Source: Thermovirgaceae bacterium (GTDB lineage: Bacteria; Synergistota; Synergistia; Synergistales; Thermovirgaceae). Taken from it: a stretch of DNA of 10,729 nt. Position 1 is the stretch's first letter. Each line of letters opens with the position of its first letter. Under the pieces are notes generated by a model, which had not been told where the DNA came from, searched no databases, and was given only the letters and a program-made list of their open reading frames with translations. Below are positions 1 through 7,344 of this stretch, in pieces. The position numbers and the translations under genes were made by a program. Where the stretch lies: contig JBKHBH010000078.1 of NCBI GenBank assembly GCA_046542505.1, positions 1-10,729 of the forward strand, read 5' to 3'.

Positions 1-1
1 G

Positions 2-1468
2 TCCTCTTTGGTGGCGGGCTTTCTCGAAGATGAACAGACCCTTTTGGCCTTCCCCTCCTGGAAGCGCCGCCGCGTCGCCGCTAACCTCAGGAGAGCCGTG
101 GATATAGCAAGAGAATATGAGGTCTTCATGGATTCAAGCCTGCCCGGGTGCGCCGAGTACCTCGAAAAGGTCACAGCCCGGGGGATACAGGCAGAAGAAG
201 CCGATGTCCTCGGGGAACAGGAGGACATGATCAGGGTTATGACCATCCATGCCGCAAAGGGGCTGGAGTTCCCGGTGGTTGCCGTCGCCGGACTGGAATA
301 TTCCGGCCGGGGGGGCGGGAAAAACGCTTCCGTCCTTCCTTCGAGCCGGCTCGGCGCCGTCACCTCGAAACTCCCCCTTTCATGGGAAGGCGAAAACCAG
401 CCTCTAGGAAAAAAGCTCCACCAGGTACTGGAAGAATCGGAAAGCCTTGAGGAACAGGAGCGTCTCCTCTATGTGGCCTGTACGCGGGCACGGGACACCC
501 TGGTTCTCTGCGGGGCGTGCAAGAACACGGAGGATGAGCCGAACCCTCCCAAAAACTCCTGGCTCGAAACGCTCCTGTCGAAAACAGAAGAGTCCGGAAT
601 ACCCGTCACTTTCGTGACTCATGGGGAAACAGGCCCCGGTTTCAGAAGGGACGGTCCCGAAAAAGAACCCGCCACGGGGCCCGAGGTTTTTCTTCCCGCC
701 GAGGACAACCGGAATATGGAACGCCTGAGCGCCACGGCTTTTGCACTGTTTCGGTTCTGCCCCTTCGCCTGGCGCATGAGATACAGGCAGGGACTGGACC
801 TGAAGTGGGAGTCCCCCGCAGAGGACGGCCACGGCGGTGTCGAAGCGGGAAGCCTCGCCCACTGGATACTCTCACGCTGGGACATGGAGCCCGGGTCCCT
901 CGAAAAATGGTGCCCCCGGGACGGAGAGAACGCCAGACGCGGGATCGCACTTCTTCCGCCGGAGCTCCGCCCTGTTGCCCGGGACAGGTCACAGGCCGAG
1001 AGGATCCATAAATGGCTGGCTAACTTTGCCCTCTCTCCCATGGCACGGACTCTGAAAAGAGCCCGGTCATTGCAGCGGGAGGTCCCTTTCCGGGTCCGCC
1101 TTGAAGGGGGGCCTGTCATCATCGGGGCCATCGATGCTCTCTATGAGGACGAGAAGGGCTATCACATCCTGGACTACAAGGTGACCGCTTCGGGGGGTGC
1201 TCCGGACTCCCTGTACGAAAAACAGCTCGCCTTCTATGCCGTGGCTGCCTGGAAGGCCCGTGGAAGCGCCCCGTCCGGGCTCGCCCTGTATCATCTTCCT
1301 GAAGGAAGGATTCATCCCCTTTCTTTCGACTATCATCTGCTGGAAAGCACCCTCGAAGGAATCAGGGAAGTTTCCCGTTCCGCGGCACGGGGCCCCTTCA
1401 ACCCGGTAAGGAAAAACTGCCGGGCCTGTCCCTGGAAGGGAACGTGCCCGGCTGGGGGCTCCCAATAG
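2..1468 (+). CDS. C-terminal part (5'-truncated by window) of an AddA/UvrD-family SF1 helicase fused to a RecB-family PD-(D/E)XK nuclease
   Basis: Frame is open to the window edge (tcc tct ttg...). SF1 motif V 'VMTIHAAKGLEFPVV' and motif VI 'EQERLLYVACTRARDTL'. Nuclease motifs 'GSLAHWIL', 'REVPF', 'GAIDAL', 'ILDYK', 'QLAFY'. Cys in 'FCPF' plus terminal 'CRACPWKGTC'. Confidence 0.9.
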   Translation, partial: SSLVAGFLEDEQTLLAFPSWKRRRVAANLRRAVDIAREYEVFMDSSLPGCAEYLEKVTARGIQAEEADVLGEQEDMIRVMTIHAAKGLEFPVVAVAGLEYSGRGGGKNASVLPSSRLGAVTSKLPLSWEGENQPLGKKLHQVLEESESLEEQERLLYVACTRARDTLVLCGACKNTEDEPNPPKNSWLETLLSKTEESGIPVTFVTHGETGPGFRRDGPEKEPATGPEVFLPAEDNRNMERLSATAFALFRFCPFAWRMRYRQGLDLKWESPAEDGHGGVEAGSLAHWILSRWDMEPGSLEKWCPRDGENARRGIALLPPELRPVARDRSQAERIHKWLANFALSPMARTLKRARSLQREVPFRVRLEGGPVIIGAIDALYEDEKGYHILDYKVTASGGAPDSLYEKQLAFYAVAAWKARGSAPSGLALYHLPEGRIHPLSFDYHLLESTLEGIREVSRSAARGPFNPVRKNCRACPWKGTCPAGGSQ

Positions 1469-1510
1469 CCCCTGAAGGCAAAACCGCCACCGGGAGTGAA
1501 GGCCTCACCC

Positions 1511-1538
1511 CTCACATTTCCTGTGTATGTGATAAAAT
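1511..1538 (+). promoter_or_regulatory. Putative sigma70-type promoter (extended -10) for the small ORF-gyrB unit
   Basis: TGaTAAAAT at 1530-1538 matches TGnTATAAT with one mismatch, in an AT-rich intergenic patch. Weak -35-like CTCACA at 1511-1516 (16-nt spacer). Downstream RBS AGGAGG at 1563-1568. Confidence 0.55.
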
Positions 1539-1543
1539 AATAG

Positions 1544-1558
1544 GGTTGTATAACAACC
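1544..1558. promoter_or_regulatory. Perfect inverted repeat GGTTGT-ATA-ACAACC, candidate operator
   Basis: 6-bp arms with a 3-bp spacer, extendable to 1542-1560 with one mismatch; lies between the predicted -10 and the RBS. Confidence 0.4.
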
Positions 1559-1578
1559 TTTCAGGAGGGTTTTCCTCT

Positions 1579-1791
1579 GTGTTTTTACTGCTTGAAGGAA
1601 ACGGCGCCATTCACATCGATCGTGTTCTTGCCCTCGTCAGGGAAGAGAACGAAACGGCCGTCATTCTGCGTGACGGGTCAGTCATGGCGACAGGTTTCAC
1701 GCCCCTGACCATCGACCGCAGATCAAGACGCTTTCTGGAAAAAGGCAAGGCCGAGGCGGAACGCATCCGCCGGGGAGGGTCAGGACAATGA
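1579..1791 (+). CDS. Small 70-aa protein, probable RemB/YaaB (DUF370-like) family
   Basis: GTG at 1579 follows AGGAGG (1563-1568) and is in frame with track ORF 1444..1791. MFLLLEGNGAIHIDRVLAL...AVILRDGSVMATGFTPLTIDRR resembles by eye the DUF370 pattern (MFLHLG..., VI.TDG.V..S..S..TL..R). Stop overlaps the gyrB start (ATGA 1788-1791); remB/yaaB lies directly upstream of gyrB in Bacillus. Confidence 0.65.
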   Translation: MFLLLEGNGAIHIDRVLALVREENETAVILRDGSVMATGFTPLTIDRRSRRFLEKGKAEAERIRRGGSGQ

Positions 1792-3692
1792 CATCACCGT
1801 CGAAGCAATACACCGCGAAGGACATTCAGATACTTGAGGGGCTTGAAGCCGTACGCCGCCGCCCGGGCATGTACATCGGCGACACCGGCTCGCGGGGCCT
1901 CCACCACCTCGTTTATGAAGTCGTCGACAACGCCATTGACGAGGCCATGGCGGGATGGTGTTCGAAAATCGAAATCATCATCCACGAGGACTCCCACGTC
2001 TCTGTTGAGGATAACGGACGCGGCATTCCCGTGGACATGCACCCACAGACGGGACGATCCGCTGCGGAAGTAGTTCTGACAAAGCTTCACGCCGGGGGCA
2101 AGTTCGACAAGAAATCCTACCAGGTCAGCGGCGGGCTGCACGGTGTCGGGGTCTCCGTCGTCAACGGCCTCTCTGAATGGCTCAACCTGACCGTATGGAG
2201 GGACGGCCAAAAATGGCGCCAGAGCTATGGTAGAGGCGTCCCCGTCTCGGACCTCTGCTGCGGCGAACCCACGGAGAAAACGGGAACGCGCATAGAGTTC
2301 CTCCCCGACGCGGAAATCTTCGAGGACGTTGAATTCTCCTGGGATATCCTGAGCGGCCGGTTCAGGGAAATGGCCTTTCTGAACCCGGGGCTGACCATCA
2401 CCCTCGAAGACAGGATCCAGAAAAAAGAAAAGACCTTCCGCTATGACGGAGGCATCGCCTCCTTTGTCGAGTATCTCAACCGGGGGAAGACAAGCCTCTT
2501 CTCACCCCCTGTGCTGATCACCGGCGAGCGGGAAGGCGTCACCGTGGAAATCGGCCTCCAGTACAACGACAGCTATCTCGAGAGGATCTTCCCCTTCGCA
2601 AACCTCATTCACACTATCGAAGGCGGGACCCATGTCTCGGGTTTCAGAACGGCCCTTACCAGGGGCATCAACGAAACGGCCCGGAGGAACAAGATCCTCC
2701 GCGAGAAGGACCCGAACCTGAGCGGAGAAGATCTCAAGGAAGGGCTGACGGCCGTCATTTCCGTCAAGCTTCCGGAACCGCAGTTCGAGGGCCAGACAAA
2801 GACGAAGCTCGGCAACAGTGAAATCAAGGGCATCGTGGACTCCATCTTCTATGACGGACTCATGGCGGAACTGGACGAAAGACCGGACATTCTCAAGCCC
2901 GTCGTCGAGAAAGCCCTTCGGGCGAGGCTCGCCAGGGATGCCGCCAAAAAGGCCCGTGAGCTGGTGCGCCGGAAGACGGCAATGGCCGGTCTCGACCTGC
3001 CGGGAAAGCTCGCCGACTGCTCGAGCAAGGATCCTTCGGAATCGGAGATCTATATCGTCGAGGGAGACTCGGCCGGAGGTTCGGCCAAACAGGGCAGGGA
3101 CCGGCACTTTCAGGCCATCCTCCCTCTTCGCGGAAAGATTCTCAATGTTGAAAAAGCCAGAATCGACAAGGCTCTGGACAACCAGGAGATCCGCACCATC
3201 ATCCAGGCCCTCGGCGCCGGAATCGGCGAGGATTTCGACGTTGAGAAACTCCGCTACAACAGGGTTTTTCTCATGACCGACGCCGACGTGGACGGGGCCC
3301 ATATCAGGACGCTGCTTTTGACGCTTTTTTACCGCTTCATGCCCGATTTGATCGACAAGGGACACCTCTACATCGCCCAGCCCCCCCTCTACCGTGTTCA
3401 GGCGGGGAAGGAAATCCATTACTGCTACACCGAAAAGGAGCTGAAGGCCCTCAGGGAACAGCTCAAAAACCGCAGGCTCTCGACCCAGCGGTACAAGGGC
3501 CTGGGCGAGATGAACCCGTCACAGCTGTGGGAAACCACCATGGATCCGGCCACCAGGACCTGCAAGCGCGTCGAGGTCGAGGATGCCGTCGCGGCTGACG
3601 AGTATTTCAGCATCCTCATGGGCGAAAAGGTGGAACCCCGCAGGGAATTTATCGAAAACCACGCCCGCGAGGTCCGGAACCTGGACGTATAG
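1788..3692 (+). CDS. gyrB: DNA gyrase subunit B (634 aa, short form without the E. coli-type insertion)
   Basis: GHKL motifs 'EAVRRRPGMYIG', 'EVVDNAIDE', 'DNGRGIP', 'HAGGKF', 'SGGLHGVGVSVVN'; TOPRIM motifs 'EGDSAGG', 'PLRGKILN', 'MTDADVDG'; 'RYKGLGEM'; GyrB-type C-terminus 'RREFIE..A..V.NLDV'; GGGAGG RBS upstream. Confidence 0.95.
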   Translation: MTSPSKQYTAKDIQILEGLEAVRRRPGMYIGDTGSRGLHHLVYEVVDNAIDEAMAGWCSKIEIIIHEDSHVSVEDNGRGIPVDMHPQTGRSAAEVVLTKLHAGGKFDKKSYQVSGGLHGVGVSVVNGLSEWLNLTVWRDGQKWRQSYGRGVPVSDLCCGEPTEKTGTRIEFLPDAEIFEDVEFSWDILSGRFREMAFLNPGLTITLEDRIQKKEKTFRYDGGIASFVEYLNRGKTSLFSPPVLITGEREGVTVEIGLQYNDSYLERIFPFANLIHTIEGGTHVSGFRTALTRGINETARRNKILREKDPNLSGEDLKEGLTAVISVKLPEPQFEGQTKTKLGNSEIKGIVDSIFYDGLMAELDERPDILKPVVEKALRARLARDAAKKARELVRRKTAMAGLDLPGKLADCSSKDPSESEIYIVEGDSAGGSAKQGRDRHFQAILPLRGKILNVEKARIDKALDNQEIRTIIQALGAGIGEDFDVEKLRYNRVFLMTDADVDGAHIRTLLLTLFYRFMPDLIDKGHLYIAQPPLYRVQAGKEIHYCYTEKELKALREQLKNRRLSTQRYKGLGEMNPSQLWETTMDPATRTCKRVEVEDAVAADEYFSILMGEKVEPRREFIENHAREVRNLDV

Positions 3693-3709
3693 ACATAAAC
3701 GGGCAAGGC

Positions 3710-3750
3710 AAAAAAGGGCGGCGCCGGTTCGAAACGGTGCCGCCTTTTTT
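3710..3750 (+). terminator. Rho-independent terminator after gyrB, probably bidirectional
   Basis: A6 (3710-3715), stem GGCGGCGCCG (3717-3726) / CGGTGCCGCC (3735-3744) with one G-U pair, T6 (3745-3750). Confidence 0.88.
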
Positions 3751-3795
3751 ATCAAAGAACCGGCACTCACACATCACCCTGAAAGGGGCGGTTTC

Positions 3796-4713
3796 ATGGA
3801 ACTCTACCCATCTTGCATCACCTGCGTGATGAACAACGTTCTTCACGTTTCGAGAAGAGTCCTCCCCGATGATGACACCCGTTTCGAACTGCTTCGAGAG
3901 ATCACCCGACGCATCGATGGCGAACTGCACCGGCATTCGTCGGCCCCGGTTCTGACTGAAATCGCTTTTTCAGTCCTCCGTGAGTTTTCCGGGGTCGCCG
4001 ATCCCTTTGAAAAGATCAAGCAGGAATTCAACGAGCGCATGCTCCAAGCGAGAGACCACTACCGGAAACTGATCGAGGACTCCCCTGATCCCCTCCATGC
4101 GGCGCTTGTGGCCGCAGGCGCGGCAAATCTCATCGATTTCGGCGCCTTTCGGAATGTTTCCGGGGAGCAAGCCGCGGAAACGCTCCGCCATCACATGGAA
4201 CATACATCTCTCAGTGAAAGAACCTATGCCGATTTCGCTGACGCACTCGGAAAAGAGCGCAAGATCCTCATCCTCAGCGATAATGCGGGCGAAATCGTCC
4301 TCGACACCATTCTCGTCGATGTCCTGCAAAACAGGTTTCCCGGCATGGACGTCACCTGCGCAGTCCGCGGAGGGCCGATCCTGAACGACGTCACTCTAGA
4401 GGATGCCCGCCAGGTCGGTCTTGCCAGGCAATGCCGCGTCATATCCACCGGTCTGGCTGTTCCGGGCACCATTCCGGAAAGATCCACCCGCGAGTTCCAG
4501 ACCGTCTGGGAGAAGGCGCCAGTCATCCTGGCCAAGGGCGTCGGCAATTTTGAAAGCGCCCCCTTCGGGGATGACCGCATCTTCTTTCTTTTCATCATCA
4601 AGTGCGAAACCCTGTCACGTCTGACGGAGTCCGCTGAAGGGACCCTGATTTTTCAAAAGGGACGGGGCTCCCTTCTGGCCGATACGTCGGATGCAGCATC
4701 ATCCCGCAATTGA
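3796..4713 (+). CDS. DUF89 / ARMT1-like metal-dependent damage-control phosphatase (305 aa)
   Basis: ATG at 3796 after AAGGGG; N-terminal CxxC ('SCITC'), 'DPFEKIK', 'ANLIDFG', 'DNAGE', 'GGPILND', 'AKGVGNFES', 'KC'. The 3583 start in the ORF track runs through the gyrB end and its terminator and is unlikely. Confidence 0.88.
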   Translation: MELYPSCITCVMNNVLHVSRRVLPDDDTRFELLREITRRIDGELHRHSSAPVLTEIAFSVLREFSGVADPFEKIKQEFNERMLQARDHYRKLIEDSPDPLHAALVAAGAANLIDFGAFRNVSGEQAAETLRHHMEHTSLSERTYADFADALGKERKILILSDNAGEIVLDTILVDVLQNRFPGMDVTCAVRGGPILNDVTLEDARQVGLARQCRVISTGLAVPGTIPERSTREFQTVWEKAPVILAKGVGNFESAPFGDDRIFFLFIIKCETLSRLTESAEGTLIFQKGRGSLLADTSDAASSRN

Positions 4714-4806
4714 CGGAACAACTTCGAGGGGTTCCGGTGAAAGACTGCAGGATGTATAGTTCAAGAATGCAGTTTGCTGAATAATACCTTCGGGGAGGTG
4801 CGGGAA

Positions 4807-5358
4807 GTGATTGCTTTCGTTACTGTCGCCGCCTTGGCTCTGGCGCTGGGCCTTTTCACCGTCGCCGTTTACAACAGGATGGTCCGCATGCGGAATCTCG
4901 TCGACGAGGGGTGGAGCGGAATCGATGTCCAGCTGAAACGTCGGAGCGACCTGGTGGAAAACCTCGTCGAGACCGTCAAGGGCTACGCAACACACGAGAA
5001 AGAGCTTTTTACCCGGGTCACAGAGGCCCGCGCCGCCGCCACCCGGGCCGGGACCGTTCAGGAAAGGGCCCAGGCGGAAAACGCCCTCACCCAAACCCTC
5101 AGGTCGCTTTTTGCCGTGGCGGAAAACTATCCCGAGCTCAAGGCCAACGAAAACTTCCTGAACCTCCAGAACACACTGGCTCTGCTGGAGAACGAGATCC
5201 AGATGGCACGGCGCTACTACAACGGGAGCGTCAGGGATTACAACACGACCATACAGGTATTCCCCAACTCCCTGCTTGCCGGTGTCTTCGGTTTCGGGCC
5301 CAGGGATTATTTCGAGGCGGACGAACAGGACCGGACCCTGCCAAGGGTTGAGTTCTGA
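4807..5358 (+). CDS. lemA: LemA family membrane protein (183 aa)
   Basis: N-terminal TM helix then 'YNRMVRMRN..DEGWSGIDVQLKRRSDL..NLVETVKGYA.HE', 'AVAENYPELKANENF', 'RRYYN..V..YNT.IQ.FP'. GTG at 4807 is 6 nt after GGAGGTG (4794-4800). Confidence 0.93.
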   Translation: MIAFVTVAALALALGLFTVAVYNRMVRMRNLVDEGWSGIDVQLKRRSDLVENLVETVKGYATHEKELFTRVTEARAAATRAGTVQERAQAENALTQTLRSLFAVAENYPELKANENFLNLQNTLALLENEIQMARRYYNGSVRDYNTTIQVFPNSLLAGVFGFGPRDYFEADEQDRTLPRVEF

Positions 5359-5379
5359 AGACTTTCACGGAGACCGGCC

Positions 5380-7338
5380 ATGTCGCGATTATCTCGCGGT
5401 TTCATCATTTTTGCGGCCCTTGTTCTCCTGCTTGCCGCACCGGCCTTGGGCGAGGAGAAGATCCTCGATTTTTCGAGCACCGTCGTGGTTTCCCCCCAGG
5501 GATTGATGACCGTCAAAGAGGACATCACCGTCCAGGTGGAACACAGAAAGATCCGGCGCGGCATCTTCAGGGATTTCCCCACAGACTACAGGGATGATTC
5601 AGGGAAACTTCACCGGATGAAATTTGACGTGCAGGAAGTGCTTCTGGACGGATCGCCCGTGAAATACTCCACGAGCCGTAAGAGCGGATCCATCCGCATC
5701 CGGATCGGCGACCCTTCGCGCGTGGTTGAAAAGGGCAAACGAACCTACACGCTCATCTACGAGACGGAACAGGTCGGCTTTTTCGATGACCATGATGAAA
5801 TCTACTGGAACGTCACCGGAAACGACTGGGCTTTCCCTATAGACCACGCCTCCGCGCGAATCATTCTGCCAGAGGGAACGCCAGTCGAGAAGATTGTGTC
5901 CTTCACCGGCCCGAAGGGAGCACGGGAAAGCAACGCCACAGGGGAATTCTCGGACAACGTGGCGACTTTCAGCACCACTGCCGCCCTGCCGAGCGGATCG
6001 GGCCTTACTGTCGCCGTAGCCTTCCCGAAGGGATACGTCACGCCGCCGGAAAAGGGCTTCGAAGCAAAAGCAATACATTATTCCGTCGCATGGACTCTGG
6101 GAAGGATCCTGCCTCCCGTTTTTGTCGTCCTGCTTGTGGCCTATTATCTGGTCGTATGGTCGAAGTACGGGAAGGATCTGAAAGGTGGCCGGATCATCCC
6201 GCTTTTCTACCCCCCAAAAGGCGTTTCGCCGGCTCTGGCTTCTTTCATGACACAGCAGAAATTCAGGGACGACGCCGTCACGTCCACGGTGATAAACCTT
6301 GCCGTAAAAGGCTATCTCATCATCAGCGAAAAACCCCCCGCAGGCGGGTTCTTCGCAAGGAAACAGGACACCTATGACCTCCACAAAACGGAAAAGGAGC
6401 CCGGCAACGACCTCACTACTGAAGAGAAACTTTTCCTCGACACCCTGTTCGACGGAAGGCCGGTCCTCTCTATTTCCAAGGCGAATGCCGGCGTCCTGAT
6501 AGAGGCGAGGAACAATCTCCGCGGCTGGCTCAAGGACAACGCGTCGCGCTTTTTCCTGGGCAACCGCTTCTGGGTGATTCTCGGAACAACGGGAACTCTG
6601 GTCGCCATGCTCGTCTCCGGGGGGCTCATCTCCTTCGTACATGGGTCGATCGCCCTTTTCGGGCTCATGCTGATATGGATGTCCATCTGGTCTTTTGTAA
6701 CCTCCGGCCTCGTGCTGGCCACCCTCTCCTCCCTTCACGAGGGAATCACGAGAAAAAAGCTCCGTCCCTTCCTTAGGGGCATTTTCATGACCGCTTTTTC
6801 ACTCTTTTTCGTTGTGGGCCTTTTCTTCGGAATCTGGGGCCTGGCGGCGACAACGTCAGGAGATTTCGCCATATTCCTCGTAGTGGCCTTTTTCGTAAAC
6901 GTTCTCTTCCTGAAGCTCATGAAAAATTACACGCCCCGGGGTCGAGAGCTTCTCGACAAGCTCGAAGGATTCCGCATGTACATGAAAACCGCGGAAAAAC
7001 AGCGGATACGCCGGTTCGCCTCGGTAGACATGCCCGACGACACGCCGGAGCAATTCGAACGCCTGCTCCCTTATGCCGTGGCCCTGGGGGTGGAACAGGA
7101 ATGGGCGGCAAGGTTCGAGGAGGTTCTGGCGGCATCGAACTACCACCCGGGATGGTACAGCGGTTCAGCTCCCTGGCACACCGTCGGAAGCGGCCACTTC
7201 GCGGCGGGGCTGGCTTCAGGCCTGGGTACCGCCATGGCCTCCTCGGGCGCGGTTCCGGGGTCCACGTCGGCCTTCGGCGGAGGCGGTGGGGGCTTCTCCG
7301 GCGGCGGGGGCGGGGGCGGTGGCGGTGGGGGCTGGTAG
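5380..7338 (+). CDS. DUF2207 (YciQ-like) membrane protein with Gly-rich C-terminal tail (652 aa)
   Basis: Signal peptide ending 'APALG'; extracytoplasmic domain with 'GIFRDFP', 'IRIGDP', 'EIYWNVTGNDWAFPID', 'GLTVAVAFPKG'; 'NLAVKGYL'; about 5 hydrophobic helices; 'FERLLPYAVALGVEQEWA..F'; ends 'GGGFSGGGGGGGGGGGW'. RBS GGAG at 5369-5372. Confidence 0.9.
   Translation: MSRLSRGFIIFAALVLLLAAPALGEEKILDFSSTVVVSPQGLMTVKEDITVQVEHRKIRRGIFRDFPTDYRDDSGKLHRMKFDVQEVLLDGSPVKYSTSRKSGSIRIRIGDPSRVVEKGKRTYTLIYETEQVGFFDDHDEIYWNVTGNDWAFPIDHASARIILPEGTPVEKIVSFTGPKGARESNATGEFSDNVATFSTTAALPSGSGLTVAVAFPKGYVTPPEKGFEAKAIHYSVAWTLGRILPPVFVVLLVAYYLVVWSKYGKDLKGGRIIPLFYPPKGVSPALASFMTQQKFRDDAVTSTVINLAVKGYLIISEKPPAGGFFARKQDTYDLHKTEKEPGNDLTTEEKLFLDTLFDGRPVLSISKANAGVLIEARNNLRGWLKDNASRFFLGNRFWVILGTTGTLVAMLVSGGLISFVHGSIALFGLMLIWMSIWSFVTSGLVLATLSSLHEGITRKKLRPFLRGIFMTAFSLFFVVGLFFGIWGLAATTSGDFAIFLVVAFFVNVLFLKLMKNYTPRGRELLDKLEGFRMYMKTAEKQRIRRFASVDMPDDTPEQFERLLPYAVALGVEQEWAARFEEVLAASNYHPGWYSGSAPWHTVGSGHFAAGLASGLGTAMASSGAVPGSTSAFGGGGGGFSGGGGGGGGGGGW
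7275..7332 (+). repeat. Low-complexity GGN (poly-Gly) codon run in the DUF2207 tail
   Basis: ggc gga ggc ggt ggg ggc ttc tcc ggc ggc ggg ggc ggg ggc ggt ggc ggt ggg ggc; varied third positions indicate a protein-level repeat. Confidence 0.8.
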
Positions 7339-7344
7339 GCCTTT

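Noticed and set aside
720..1468. Cas4 / CRISPR adaptation gene
   Set aside because: The Cas4-like Cys layout is fused to a UvrD helicase; no cas genes or repeat-spacer array in the window.
1522..1553. DnaA-box-like sequences (e.g. TGTGATAAA at 1528-1536) suggesting oriC near gyrB
   Set aside because: Only imperfect matches (7-8 of 9), no cluster of perfect boxes, short intergenic region, and no dnaA nearby.
1444..1578. N-terminal extension of the 115-aa ORF
   Set aside because: Overlaps the helicase stop and the promoter-like region; the strong RBS supports GTG 1579.
2502..3419. 305-aa minus-strand ORF
   Set aside because: Antisense shadow of gyrB, expected from GC-rich codon bias; no recognisable motifs.
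3583..3795. 71-aa N-terminal extension of the DUF89 ORF
   Set aside because: Runs through the gyrB 3' end and terminator; family similarity starts at MELYPSCITC.
4710..4760. Promoter for lemA (TTGACG 4710-4715; TATAGT 4755-4760)
   Set aside because: Elements are 39 nt apart; the correctly spaced -35 (TTCCGG) is weak, so not called.
5599..6738. 379-aa minus-strand ORF
   Set aside because: Antisense to the DUF2207 gene with no domain signature.
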